64,000 nucleotides of DNA. It comes from the human T2T-CHM13v2.0 reference genome, Homo sapiens. The position numbers were made by a program, and so were the translations under genes. The first letter of the stretch is position 1; every line of letters starts with the position of its first letter. This document shows positions 1 through 13,693 of this stretch, piece by piece. The DNA lies in NCBI GenBank assembly GCA_009914755.4, contig CP086569.2:10240001-10304000 (forward strand). Reading direction: 5' to 3'. Below the pieces are notes generated by a model, which was not told the origin of the DNA, searched no databases, and saw only the letters and a program-made list of their open reading frames with translations.

Positions 1-2273
1 CCAAAGTGACTCGTTAATAGTGTTTCTTCATTCAGCTCAATTTCAGGAGGAGAAAATGATACAATTATATCAGCCTTATAATGGGTTCTGGGTCTTAGCA
101 TTTCTGTTTCAGGTTGGATCCAGGTTCTCACTTTACCAGCTTTAAAAACAGCAAAGCATTCAATAATATCAGCTTCAGACTGGATCCAGTGCATGTCTGC
201 TTTGGCTACAGGTAGTATCCAAGATATGAGTGTTCTTCCTATAAGCAAGGTCCATGGTTTGACTACTGGAGATAGAACCTTGGGCCAGAAACTTAGTAGG
301 AAGCTTTCAGACCGGATTAAAGCGTGAATTATATCAACTTCAGGCTGGATCCAGGGAATGAGATTTTAAATAAGCCCATGATCTGCCTTTATTCATTTGA
401 ATATTAAATGAAGATCTGACTATATCAGTTTCTTGCTTGATCCAGGGTCTCACTGCTTGGTTCTCAGCATTGGTTCGGTATGTAGCAGCTCTTTGCTGAG
501 TCCAGGGCCAAAATATACCAACTTCAGTTTGGACCAGGGAGAGACTTTCAGGATGAATCCAGGGTCTAACTGTATCACATTGAGTCTGTAAGTGAGATGT
601 GACTGTATCAATTTCAGTCATGTTTCAGGGCTTTATTCCTTGGCTTACAGTCCAAATTTGGAATACTTCAGTTTCAGATTGGTTCCAGGATCTTATTGAA
701 TTCATTTGAGTCTGGAACCAGTATCTTATCACTGGATTGGCTTCAGGGTGGGTCCAGGGATGAATTTCAGAGTATAAGTCCATGATCTGATAGTAGCAGG
801 TACATGCTGAGTCCAGGAGTAATTATGCTAACTTGATTCTGGGTCCAGGAGTGTGCCATTTGAGATTCAAGTTGGGTCCAGGGCCAAACTGCATAGTTTT
901 GAGTTGGGGACCAACATGTCAACATTCCGCCTCAGGCCAGGTCCTAATTTCTTGAGATTCAGGCTCAGTCCATTGTTCTATTTTATCAAATTCAGAATGT
1001 GTCCAGTGTCTGACTGTATTGATTTCAGCATAGGTCCACGGTTGAATAACATCACATTCAGACTGTGTCCAGGGTCTAACTGCATTCTTTTCAGATTGGT
1101 TCCATGGGTGGGTTATTTACCATTCTCTCTGGCTTCATCCAGGTAGTAACTGTTTGAGAATAAGGTTGAGTACCATTTCTTCTTACATGCTTTTGGGTCT
1201 GAAACCAATTACTCAGAGTATTAATGTCAGACATGGTCAAGCCTGATTCAATAGTGTACCAGACTCATACATGTAACAGTGTATCAGACAAGGCCAGGGT
1301 CCAGAGTCTGACTGCTTGAAATTCACCATGAGTCAAAGGTCTGATAGTATTAGTTTTAGCTCTAGTCCAGGGCTGGATGGTGCCTGCTTCAGTCTGGATC
1401 CATAGTTTTACTGTATCAGCTTCAGAAATGTTCTGGGATCTCATTGTACCTACTTCAGACTGGGTACACAGGAAGAAGACATCAGTTTCAGATTGGATCC
1501 ATGTTATAAATGTTGTAGTTCTGTGTTTAGCCAGGATTCTATTTTACCAGGTCCAAAGGGAGTAAATGTGCTCAGTGTTTGAAATTCTGGCTGAGCCCAA
1601 GGTTTAATTTTTTTTCTGTTGCCGTTTTAAACAAACTTCTGCTAGTTAGAGCTTCAGGTTGGGAGCATAGTTTTGCTGCTTGATAGTGCAGAGGCACTAC
1701 CAAGGATATAAGGGTTCCAAATTCAGGCAAGGCCCATTCATTGATGTTTTCAATTTCATGATGTGTCCACAAAATAGTGCTTGATTTTCATATTGGATTA
1801 AGGGTTGTGTAGTATCACCTATAGGTTCTGTCCAACAAACTACTGCTGGAGATTCAGCCTGAGGCCATGGTGTGTCTGTGTCATTCGTAGGCTTTGTCCA
1901 AAGATTTCCTGCTGGAGATTGAGAATGTGCCCATAGTGTGACAGTAGCAGCCCAGGGCAGTATTTATGGATATTCTGTTGTTAATTCAGCCTCTTTCCAT
2001 AGTGTGATGGTATCAGCTATGGATGTTGTCCAGGTATTTACCGATGGACATTCAACCCGGGTCCAAGGTATGACTATGGAAGATATAGGCTGTGTCCATG
2101 GAATTACTACTGGAGATACAGCCTAGGCCCATGTTGTGACTTTGGAATTTACAGCATCTGTGCACGAATTTACTGTTGGAGACTCAGCTTGTGTCCACAG
2201 GATAACGTTATCAGATTCAGGTAGTGTACAGAGATTTACTGCTGAAGATTCATGTTGGACCCAAGGTTTTGTG
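1..2273. repeat. Degenerate tandem-repeat array (about 30 bp sub-unit, about 60-63 bp higher-order unit; core motif TGGATCCAGGGTCT / TGTCCAGGGATTTACTGCTGGAGATTCAGCCTGGGTCCATGGTGTGAC). Extends past the left window edge. Family unidentified.
   Basis: The motifs ggatccagggtct / gtccagggtct / tccatggtgtgac recur about every 30-33 bp along the whole segment. The period is a multiple of 3, so stop-free frames propagate; this produces the long ORFs on both strands, for example 340..621 on - and 853..1146 on +. Units are 30-40% diverged from one another. Confidence 0.8.
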
Positions 2274-2962
2274 TCTAGAATTTATTCCCTCTGGTGGGTT
2301 TGTGGTCTCACTAACTTTGAGACTGAATCCACGGAACCTCACCGTGAGTGTTACAGCTGTTAAACATGGTGTGTCCAGAGGTTGTTTCTTCAGATGTTCA
2401 GATGTGTCCAGAGTTTCTTCCTTCTGATGGGTTTGTGGTCTCGCTGACTTCAAGAGTGAAGCTGCAGACCTTCCCAGTGAATGTTACAGCTCTTAAAGGT
2501 GTAACAGCTCCAGAGTTGTTTGTTCCTCCTGCTGGGTTCTTGGTCTCACTGACTTCAGGAATGAAGCCACAGACCCTGAGGTGAGTGTTACAGCTCATAA
2601 AAGTAGTGCAGACTCAAAAAGTGAGCATCAGCAAGCTTTATTGTGAAGAGCAAAAGACCAAAGCTTTCACAGCATGGAAGGCGACCCAACCAGGTTGCTG
2701 CTGTGAGCTAGGGTAGCTAGCTTTTATTCCCTTATTTGGCCCCATGCACATCCTTTGATTGGTCCATTTTACAGAGCACTGATTGGCCCATTTTATAGAG
2801 TGCTGATTGGTCCATTTTACAGAGTGCTGATTGGTGCATTTACAATCCTTTGGCTAGATACAGAGCACTGACTGGTGCATATACAATCCTTTAGCTGGAC
2901 GGGAAAGTTCTCCAAGTCCCCACCCCATCCTCAAACTGAGGTAAAGCTCAGCTGGTTTCACC
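2274..2962 (+). mobile_element. LTR12-family (HERV9 LTR) fragment covering the 5' U3 portion, truncated on its 3' side and inserted into the tandem array
   Basis: The start reads ...gaatttattccctctggtgggtttgtggtctcactaactttgagactgaa..gtgagtgttacagct.., and tgagtgttacagctcataaaagtagtgcagactcaaaaagtgagcatcagcaagctttattgtgaagagcaaaaga follows. These are followed by tandem copies of ccattttacagagtgctgattggt (CCAAT/ATTGG box) that I recall as typical of LTR12, and then ..gttctccaagtccccacc..cagctggtttcacc. The GC-rich 3' half of LTR12 is missing. Confidence 0.75.
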
Positions 2963-5480
2963 TTTCAGTTTGATTGTATAAGATTGATCCTGTGTAAATG
3001 GATTTATTGGTGGAGACTCACTCTGAATCCATGGTATAGTACTAAACCCACTAGTTTGTCCAGGGATTTATGGCTGGAAATTCAGGCTTGGTCCACAGCC
3101 TGTCTCCATCAGCTATTGTCTGTGTCCATGAAATTAGTGTCGGAGAGTCATTCAGGATTCCCTGTGTGACTATGTAAGTTTCAGACTGTGTCCAGGCATT
3201 TCCTTCTATAAATTCACCCTCATTCCATGGTAGGACCATATCAGTGATAGCCTTTCTTCAGGGATTAATTGCTGGAGATTTACCTGGAATCCATGTTGAC
3301 TACAAGATACTGGTGGATGTTCAGCATGGGTCTGTGATAGTAATATACCATGTGCCCAGGGACCTACTCCTAGAGTTTCAGCCAGAATCCACGTTGTGAG
3401 TATATCAGTTTCAGACTGTGTCCAATGATGTAGTAATAGTGATTCAGCCTGGATACACATTATTATGACCATATCAGATATAGGAGAATATATCCATGAA
3501 TTCATCACTAGTGATTCAGCATGGGTCCCTAGTGTGATTATATCAGCTTCCAACTGTTTCCAGGAATGTACTGCTGGAGACTCAACCTGGTTTCACAGTG
3601 TTATTGTTTCAGTATCAAATTGTATCTGGTAGTTTACTGCTGGAAAATAAGCTGTGGTCCACAATGAGACTGAATTAAATTCAGATGGGAGCCAGTTGTT
3701 TCCTTCTAGATATTCAGGCTGCAATTTTGTCCAAGGATTTATTGTTGGCATTTCATCAAGGGTCAATTGTATGACAGTTTCAGCTATAGCTTTTGCCCAG
3801 GGATTCATTGCTGGGAATCTATCCTGGGTCCATGGTGTGACTGTCTTAGCTATAGGCTCTGTCAAGGGAATTAAGGCTGGAAATTCACCTTGATTCCAAC
3901 GTGTGACTTTATCAGATACAAAACGTGTCCAGAGATCCACTGCTGGAGATTCAGCAATAGTCCACAGTATGACCGGATCAGTTTCAGACTGTCTCCAGCA
4001 TGTTAATCCTTGAAATTCAGCCTTTGTCCATGTTGTGACTATATCTGCTGACATATTTGTCCAATAGTTTACTGTTGGAGTTTCACACAGTGGGACTGTG
4101 TGAGTTTCAGATTGTGTCCAGGGATTTAATTCTTGAGACTCTCCCTGCATCCATGGTGTTTACATAATAGCTTCATTTTGTATCCAGGAGTTGATTACAC
4201 CAAGGTCTTTCTGAATCCAGGGTCTCAGAATGTCATCTTCAGCCTGGGTCCATGATCTAACTTTACCACTTTCAACCTTGCCCCAGTGTCTAAATGCATA
4301 AGTTTCATGAAGTATCCAGTCTCTTACCTTTTTAGCCACAGGCTGGTTCCAAAACCTCACTATTTCAGTGTCAGACTGTATCCAGTGGTGATCCATCAGA
4401 GTTACTGGTTCTCTCCACTATGTGACTGGCTCTGCTTGAGACTGAAACAAAAGTTTGATGATATCAGCTTCAGTGTGATTCAGGGTCTGCATTTATCAGC
4501 TTCAGGTTGGGACCCGGGTACCACTGTTTCCATTCCAGTTTGGGCCCAATACCTAATTGGATCTGTTTCTGGTCGGGTCCAATGTTTTTCTTTCCATTCT
4601 TCAGTCTGCGTTCTGGGCCACAATATCTAATATTTATGCCGAATCCAGGGTCTCACTCTTTCAGTTTCAGTTTGTAACCATGGTTTAATTGTATCAGCTT
4701 TCAAGTGAGTCAAGAGTCTTCCTGATTGAGTTTCTGGCTGGGACCACGTTTGGAATATGGTTGTTTCAGGCTGATTCCAGGGTCTGATCATGTCAACTTT
4801 AGAGTGAATTAAGGGCTCAATTATGTTCATAATAGGATTTATTAAGATCCATGTCTGCATTGGGGGTTTCAGTATAACAGCCTCATGTTTATTCAATGTA
4901 CTAAATCTATTCATTTGATATAAAGGCCTGATAATACTTGTTTTCTGTTGCATACAGTACCTAATATTGGCATCTTTTGACTTAGCACATGACTATGGAG
5001 TATGCAGTATGGAAGAAATCCAGAACTGATTGACTCAGCTTCCGTCAGAATCCAGTATCCATCTGTCCTTTCTATAGTTTCTTGGGATCGAAATATATTT
5101 AAGACTGGCTGACACCATGGTTCAAAGTTATGGATTACTGTAGGATACTGAGATCCATCTTCATTGAGGGAAGAATGAGCCCATAGTTCAATTTTATTAA
5201 CTCTGAAAGGTACCAGTGGAATCCAGTTGTAAGTTACTGGTTTAACACCAGGTTTAACTCTATGAGCTGCATGATACGTTTGGTGTTTGAATCTGCATCA
5301 CTGTTTCTGTTTTATAAGACACAAACTGTTTCCAAGTTTCAACTTCAGGAGTAATTTCTAGCCAAGGTATAGCTACAAGTTGTCGATGAGATGGAACATT
5401 AATAGATTGAACCTGAGACTGACCAATATCCATCTTAGAAGAAACTGGAGATCCATCTATCCCACTTGAAAAGAGAAACC
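2963..5480. repeat. Continuation of the same tandem-repeat array, a different sub-family of units, becoming degenerate and unique-like beyond about 4,960
   Basis: The same 30/60-bp periodicity (tgtccagggatttactgctggagattcagc.. / ..gtccatggtgtgactatatcagtttcagac) resumes directly after the LTR12 fragment. The minus-strand ORFs 3593..4150 (185 aa), 3206..3553, 4160..4396 and 4627..4953 all show a Trp every 10-11 codons (PW[TI]Q.ET..V). Confidence 0.8.
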
Positions 5481-5483
5481 AGA

Positions 5484-5901
<418 letters not shown>

Positions 5902-6552
5902 TTATAATAGCTAATGTATTAATCCAAGATCTTGCTGAATCAGTCACAGTTTGATACTTATAATTCATTGCATTTTTCTGAGGAAGATTCCAGGATATAG
6001 CTATAATAACAGGGGTACTCCAGTGTTCAGCTGTATTGGGATGATTCCGTAGTTCAGCAACAGGAGAAATCCAGGATCATACCATTGGGAATTTGCTAGC
6101 AGAGGAGAGGTGACCACTTTGAAAGTGTAATAATCTATTGGCATGAAAAAAGTCTCTATTATTTGAACCAAAAAACATTGATTGAGGATTCCAGTGCTTT
6201 CTGTTTACTGGGAAAGTGCTTAATCTTCTCCCCTATGTTTGTACTGAGAATCCATGGAACACCAAAGTGGCAGAGCCTGTGTTAGAGCAAAGTGTGTTTT
6301 GTGGACTGTCTTTTACTCCAGGAGGAAAGTTGCAGGGTAGAGAAAAAGTAGGACCCAGTGGCTTCTGGGATGCCTTGGTAAGCCATCTCATCCATATGTA
6401 TGGGACTGTCCTGATGACAAGAACAGGGTCATAACAGGCTTCTGAGGTTATCACTGACCAGGCCTACCAGTTCCCAGTGACTTCCAAAGAGGCAAAGAAC
6501 AGGAATACCTTGCTGTACCTGAAAGGTTAGAAACAAAGATAACCAAATATAT

Positions 6553-7162
6553 TAGAAATACATACAGACATGTAGTATACACTATTAAAATACATAATGC
6601 ATAAATTACATATATATGCAATACATGTATATTAATTATAAAATACACAGATACATATATTTTATGTTCATCAATACTTATATTTATAAATTAGTTAAAT
6701 AGTTATGTGGTTTATACATATATTAAATTATAAGATATTAAATTGTAAATATAAGTTATACTTTTGTATCACATGTAAATTTCATATTACTTGATGGGCA
6801 ATAATAAATATTACATGGTCCATACTTCAAGAGTTCCATATGATACTTAGGAATAAATAATTCTAACTGTGGTTAAAATAGTAAAATTAAATACTAGAGG
6901 GAAATTAGAGGAAAGTTCTATACCATAAAAAATCACCTTCATACTCAAAATCATTATCTGAATATTACTTATGCCTTTAGCCAAGTAATCTTAGGCAAAG
7001 CAAAACTTATACAGTCATATGAAATGACTGTTTGTATCATCTCCTCTGCCACTACATTTGTTGAAGCCATCACCATTTGTTTGGTCTCTCTGCTTGATTC
7101 TGATAGCTACTTGCCTCTCACAGTTTGTTCTCCCAGTAGCCAGAACTACACTCAGAGTAAAA
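6553..7162 (+). repeat. Direct repeat copy A (about 610 bp, AT-rich) immediately upstream of the old L1
   Basis: agaaatacatacagacatgtagtatac... through ...ctcccagtagccagaactacactcagagtaaaa. Its paralogue sits at 10598-11250. Confidence 0.8.
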
Positions 7163-10100
7163 GTACTTATTCTAAAACTGACTACGTAATTGGAAGTAAA
7201 ACACTCCTCAGCAAATGCAAAAGAACAGAAATCATAACAAACAGTCTCTCAGGACACAGTGCAGTCCTCAGGATTAAAAAAGTCACTAAAAGCTGCACAA
7301 CTACATGGAAACTGAACAACCTGCTGCTGAAGGTCTACTGGGTAAATAATGAAATGAATAAAGAAATTCTTTGAAACCGATGAGAACAAAGACACAACAT
7401 ACCAGAATCTCTGAGAAACATTTAAAGCAGGGTTTTGAGGGAAATTTATACCACTTAATATCCACAAGAGAAAGTAGGAAAGATCTAAAATTAGCACACT
7501 AACATCAAAACTGAAAGAACTAGAGAACAAGAAAAGCAAGAGCAAACAAATTCAAAAGCTAGCAGAAGACAAGAAATAACTAAGATAAGAGAAGAACTGA
7601 AGGAGACAGAGACACAAAAAACCCTTCAAGAAAATCAATGAATCCAGGAGCTGGTTTTTCAGAAACATCAACAAAATAGATAGACCACTGGCCAGAGTAA
7701 TAAAGAAGAAAAGAGAGAAGAATCAAATAGACACAATAAAAAATGATAAAGGAGAGATCACCTCTGATCCCATAGAAATACAAACAACCATCAGAGAATA
7801 CTATAAACACCTCTACCAAAATACAGTAGAAAATCTAGAAGAAATGGATAAATTCCTGGATGCACACACCCGCCCAATTTTAAACCAGGAAGAAGTCGAA
7901 TCCCTGAATAGACCAATAACAAGTTCTGAAATTGAGGCAGTAATTCATAACCTATAAAACAAATAAACAAAAAAATCCAGGACTAGATGGATTCATAGAC
8001 AAATTCCAGCAGACATACAAAGAGTAGCTGGTAGCATTCCTTCTGAAATTATTCCAAACAATAGAAAAAGAGAGAATCCTCCTGAACTCGTTTTATGAGG
8101 CCAGAATCATCCTGATATCCAAACCTGGCAGAGACACAGCAAAAAAAGAGAAAATTTCAGGCCAATATCCCTGATGAACATTGATGCAAAAATCCTCAAT
8201 GAAATACTGGCAAACCAAATCCAGCAGCACATCAAAAAATGTATCCACCACGATCAAGTCAGGTTCATACCTGGATGCAAGGCTGATTCAACATGTGCAA
8301 ATCAATAAATGCAATCCATCACATAGACAGAACCAATGACAAAAACCACATGATTATCTCAATAGATCCAGAAAACCCCTTCAACAAAATTCAACATCCC
8401 TTCATGATAAAAACTCAATAAAGTAGGTATTGATAGAACATATTTCAAAATAATAAGACCTACTTATGACAAACCCACAGTCAATGTCATACTGAATGGC
8501 TGAACCTGGAAGCTTTCTTTCCCTCTGAAAATCTGCACAAGACAATGATGCCCCCTCTCTCACCACTCCTATTCACCATAGTATTGGAAGTTCTGACCAG
8601 GGCAATCAGGCAATTGAAAGAAATAAAGGGTATTGAAGTAGGAAAAGAGGAAGTCAAATTGTCTCTGTTTGCAGATTACAAGATTGTATATTTAGAAAAC
8701 CCCACTGTCTCAGCTCAAAATCTCCTTAAGCTGATAAGCAACTTCAGCAAAGTCTCAAGATACAAAATCAATGTGCAAAAATCACAAGCATTCCTATACA
8801 CCAATAGCAAACAGCGAGCCAAATCATGAGTGAACTCACATACACAATTGCTACAAAGAGAATAAAATACCTAGGAATATAACTTACAAGGGATGTAAAG
8901 GACCTTTTCAAGGAGAACTACAAAACACTGCTGAAGGAAATCAGAGAGGACACAAATACATGGAAAAACATTCCATGTTCATTATAGGAAGAATCAATAT
9001 TTTGAAAATGGCCATCCTGCCCAAAGTAATTTATAGATTCAATGCTATCCCCATTAAAGGTATGATTGACTTTCTTCACAGAATTGTTAAAAACTATATT
9101 AAACTTCATATGGAGCCAAAAAAGAGCTGGCATAGCCAAGACAATCCTAAACAAAAAGAAGAAAGCTGTAGGCATCATGCTACCTGTCTTCAAACTGTAA
9201 CAACACAAGGCTACAATAAGCAAAACAGCATGGTACTGGTACCAAAACAGATATATAGACCAATGAAACAGAACATAAGTCTCTGACATAATACCACGCC
9301 TCTACAACCATGTGATCTTTGGCAAATCTAACAGAAACAAGCAATGGGGAAAGGATTTCCTATTTAATAAATGGTATTTGGAGAACTGGCTAGCCATATG
9401 CAGAAAACTGAAACTGGACCCCTTCCTTACACCTTATACAAAAATTAACTCAAGATGGATTAAAGACTTAAACATAACACCTAAAACCATAAAAACCCTA
9501 GAAGAAAACCTAGATGATACCATTCAGCACGTAGGCATCAACAAACACTTCATGTCTAAAACACCAAAAGCAATGGCAACAAAAGCCAAAATTGACAAAT
9601 GGGACCTAAGTAAACTAAAGAGCTTCTGACAGCAAAAGAAACTATCATTAGAGTGAACAGGCAACCTACAGAATGGGAGAACATTTTTGTAATCTATCCA
9701 TCTAACAAAGGACCAATATCCACAATCTACAAGGAACTTAATCAAATTTACGAGAAAAAAATAAAACCACCCATCAAAAAGTGAGCCAATGATATGAACA
9801 GACACTTCTCAAAAGGAGACATTTATGCAGCCAACAAACATGAAAAAAAGTTCATCATCCCTGATCATTAGATAAATGCAAATCAAAACCACAATGAGAT
9901 ACCATCTCATGCCATTTAGAATGGTGATCATTAAAAAGTCAGGAAACAACAGATGCTGGAGACGACTGGAGAAATAAGAATGCTTTTACACTGTTGGTGG
10001 TAGTGTAAATTAGTTCAACCATTGCGGAATACAGTCTGGTGATTCCTCAAGGATCTAAAACTAGAAATACCATTTGACCAGGCAATCCCTTTACGGGTTA

Positions 10101-10598
10101 TATACCCAAAGGATTATAAATCATTCCACTATAAAGACACATGCAAACTTATGTTTATTGAGGGATTGTTCACAATAGCAAAGACTTGGAACCAACCCAA
10201 ATGTCCATCAATGATAGACGTGATAAAGAAAATGTGACACATATACACTATGGAATACTAAGCAGCCATAGAAAAGGATGAGTTTATGTCCTTTGCAGGG
10301 ACATGGGTGAAGCTGGAAAGCATCATTCTCAGCAAACTAACACAAGGACAGGAAGCCAAACATGGCATGTTCTTATTCATAAGTTGGAGTTGAACAATGA
10401 GAACACATGGAGGGGAACATCATACACCGGGGCTTGTCGGTGGGTGGAGGGTTAGAGGAGGTATAGTATTAGAAGAAATACCTAATATATGTGATGGGTT
10501 GATGGGTGCAGCAAACCACCATAACACATGTATACCTATGTAACAAAACTGCACGTTCTGCACATGTACCCCAGAACTTAAAGTATATACAAAAAAGA
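7163..10598 (+). mobile_element. Old LINE-1 element, 5'-truncated (ORF2 3' two-thirds plus 3' UTR), heavily mutated
   Basis: The ORF track fragments (7024..7374, 8545..8829, 8960..9286, 9312..9629) align to L1 ORF2 by homology with the intact L1 in this window ([28 protein letters not shown], [42 protein letters not shown]). It ends with ..cacatgtaccccagaacttaaagtatatacaaaaaag. Confidence 0.9.
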
Positions 10599-11250
10599 AA
10601 TACATATTTATATATAGACATATACTATACATATATTAAAATATATATAATGCACAATATACATGTATTAAATACATATATTGCACAAAGTTCATCTATA
10701 GGTAATACATATATAATTATAAAATATGTGGATGCATATATTGTATATGTTTAGGAATACTTATATTTATAAATTAGTTATATAGCTTATATGATTTATA
10801 CATATATTAAATTATAAGATATTAACTTAAAAGTATAAATTATAGTTTTCTATCACATGTAAATTCCATATTACTTGATAGACAGTAATAAATTTTACAT
10901 TTTATATACTTCATGAGTTCCATATTAACACTTAGGCATAAATAATTGTAACTCTGGTTAAAAGAGTGAAATAAGATACTAGAGGGAATTTAGAGGAAAG
11001 TTCTAAACAAAGATCACTTACATACCCAACATCGTTATCTGAATATTATTTATGCCCTCAGCCAAGTAACTTTAGGCAAAGCACAACTTATACAGTCACA
11101 TGAAATGACTGGGAGTATCACTTTCTCTGCCGTTACGTTTGTTGAAGCATCATCATTTGTTTGGTCTCTCTGCTTGAACCTGATACTCACTTGCAGCTTA
11201 CAGTTTGTTCTCCCTGTAGCCAGAATTATACTCTGCGTAAAACCAAAAGG
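10598..11250 (+). repeat. Direct repeat copy B (about 650 bp) immediately downstream of the old L1, paralogous to 6553-7162
   Basis: agaaatacatatttatatatagacatatac... through ...ctccctgtagccagaattatactctgcgtaaaaccaaaagg, about 85-90% identical to copy A by eye. Confidence 0.8.
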
Positions 11251-12526
11251 ATTTGTCTTTGATCTCAATTAAGTGTTTTATTTTGTTCATCTTGCCACAT
11301 GATGGGAGTATGACTACTTGCTTAATTCTAGTCTCAGAATTATTTCAGTGGTTATTTTCTCTGCCTGGAATTCTCTTCCTTCAAATATCTGCCTAGATTA
11401 CTGCCCCAAAGGTTTAGTCTTTGCTTAAGTAAAGCATTTTTAAAGTCATGCCACTCCAAAAGACATTTGCCAACATCTTTCTATCACTTATTAATTTATC
11501 AAAATATGTTTTACCACTGAACATTTTACTTTACTTTTTTCTTGCTTGTAGATTGACAAAAAATGTAAGCTTCATGATAGTAAGCCTAATTACATGATTT
11601 TATAACCAATAACCCTTAGCCCACACGAAAATAAATGATTAAGCACTTCATATTTTACAAATGAATGACTGCTCATTGTTTTTGTTCTATATTCAATATC
11701 ATTACGTTGAAATGTAAAGAATATTAATTTATTTAACATATTAACAGATTCTTAAATATGATTTAATTTTTAAAGACCATCTTGCCTATTGCTTTCCAGA
11801 ACAGAAAATGTTTTATTCCTCTAAAATGTGCTACTTTTGCTTTAAAATATTTCTGTAGGAAATTTTTTTCTGTGGCTCCTACTGATTAAATAATCAAGTC
11901 TAAATATCATAACTTCAAATTATGAATTCAGCTTATTTTTCTGTTCTCATGTCTTCTCTATCTCTTTTTACCAACTTTTTTCAGAAAAAAAAACACATTT
12001 TCCTATCCAAATATAATCTATGTATTAAATATTCTTCCTACATCTGTATATCTTATTTCTATAATAAAGAGCTGCTTTTCTTTCAAAGCCCATTCTAAAA
12101 ACCTAATGAATGTGTACATATAATGAACCATATATTCTATATATTCCTACTGTTTGCAATACAAATTCCTGCATGAACATGGACCATTATATCTTGTAAA
12201 GTTATTGCACTATCCTTTACACTTGATTTATTTCATATTAGGCAGTAAGCTCTCTAACTACAGGGCTCAGGATTGGATTTTCTGAGAAGTGGGATGAGGC
12301 CTGTTTCCTGTATGTGCCCCATTAGGTTAGAATTCTTTGTCTGTACTGGTATCCTGCCTGTCTTAATTGCAAGTTTTTTAAGTACAAATTTTATGATTTT
12401 TTATGGTAGTCTTTTGGACTTCGAAAATGTTCCAATAATGTTTGTTAGCAAAGAATATTGAAATGATTTAGTAACCTTTCTCCATCATAAATTCCATTCA
12501 TATTTCAAATAGTTTAACTTTTCTAT

Positions 12527-12752
12527 TTTTTTTTTTTTTTTGAGAGAATGACTCTTCTCTGTCCCCTAGGGTGGAGTGCAGTGGCACAATCTCAGCTCAC
12601 TGCAAACTCTGCCTTCTGGGCTCAAGCGAGTCTCATGCCTCAGCCTCCTCAGTGGCTGGTATTACAGGCACACATAACCACGACAGGCCAGTTTTTGTAT
12701 TTTTAGTAGAGAAAAGGGTTTCACCATGTTGGTCAGCCTGGTTAAGTTTCCT
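12527..12752 (-). mobile_element. Alu, minus orientation; its 5' end is truncated by the adjacent Alu
   Basis: A poly-T head, then gagagaatgactcttctctgtcccctagggtggagtgcagtggcacaatctcagctcactgcaa... The ORF 12571..12795 is an Alu translation. Confidence 0.85.
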
Positions 12753-12757
12753 TCTAA

Positions 12758-13057
12758 GGCCAAGCGTGGTGGCACATGACAGTTATCCAATGTAATTTGG
12801 GAGGTTGAGGTGGGCAGATCACTTGATCCCAGGAGTTCAAGATTAGCCTGGGCAACAGTAAGACTCCAACACTAGAGAAAAATAATTAACTAGGTGTTGT
12901 GGTGCATGCCTATGGTTCCAGCTACTGGGAAGTCTGAGATGGGAGTATCACTTGAGCCTGGGATGTCAAGGCTGCAGTGAGCACTGATTATGTCATTGTA
13001 CTCCAGCCTGGATGACAGAGTGAGACCCTGTGTAAAAAAATAATAATAATAATAATT
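12758..13057 (+). mobile_element. Alu, plus orientation, with a (TAA)n-containing A-tail
   Basis: ggccaagcgtggtggcacatgacag...gcactgattatgtcattgtactccagcctggatgacagagtgagaccctgtgtaaaaaaataataataataat. Confidence 0.85.
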
Positions 13058-13414
13058 CTGGCCATTTTTGTCTTATTAATTGTGGCTATTTATACACTAA
13101 ATATTACCCCCTTCAGAAGGTACTACATGATATCCTACATTAGGCTTTAAGAAAAAGACCATGATATTCTTTCAAAAGTAGCTATTTGTAGACGTGTGTT
13201 TTTCAGAACTAATTTTGCTGTGTCATTTTGGATTTTCATAATTGATAATGACCTTTCATGACTTCAGATTTTCATTTTTTATAAATTCTCAGTTTATATT
13301 TGTTTAATTGGATTATAGATTTTTTCTAACAACTGAGTTCAGGAATCAAACTATAACTCTGTCGGTTTTTCCCTTTGTTTCTAAATACCTTTTCATTTAT
13401 TCTATTTGTTCATT

Positions 13415-13693
13415 TTTTTTTTTTTTTTTAGAAACATAGTCTCCCAGGCTGGAGTGAAGTGACAAGATCATAGGTTACTGCAACCTCAAACTCCCTGGCT
13501 CAAGCAATTCTTTCCCAACAGACTTCAAAGTAGCTAGGGCTACAGGCACAGTCCAAAACACCCAGCTATTTTTTTTTTTCTAGAGACAGCATCTCACTAT
13601 GTTCACCAAGCTAGTCTGGAACTCTTGGCCTCAAGTGATCCTCCTGCCTCAGTTTCCCAAAGTATTGAAATTATAGGCATGAGCCCCTGTGGC
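13415..13693 (-). mobile_element. Alu, minus orientation
   Basis: A poly-T head at 13415, then gaaacatagtctcccaggctggagtgaagtgacaagatcataggttactgcaacctc ... aggcatgagcccctgtggc. Confidence 0.85.

Noticed and set aside
2136-2598. The overlapping 66-78-aa ORFs on both strands as coding
   Set aside because: They lie inside the LTR12 U3 fragment, which is repetitive and stop-poor. Nothing supports a coding role.
3593-4150. The 185-aa minus-strand ORF (and its neighbours 3206..3553, 4160..4396, 4627..4953) as a real Trp-repeat protein-coding gene
   Set aside because: The ORFs lie entirely in a 3n-periodic tandem repeat, so stop-free frames are expected by construction. Both strands and more than one frame are open in the same array. 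I see no start/stop architecture, no splice signals, and no recognisable protein family. I keep this as a satellite-like repeat unless expression or conservation data say otherwise.
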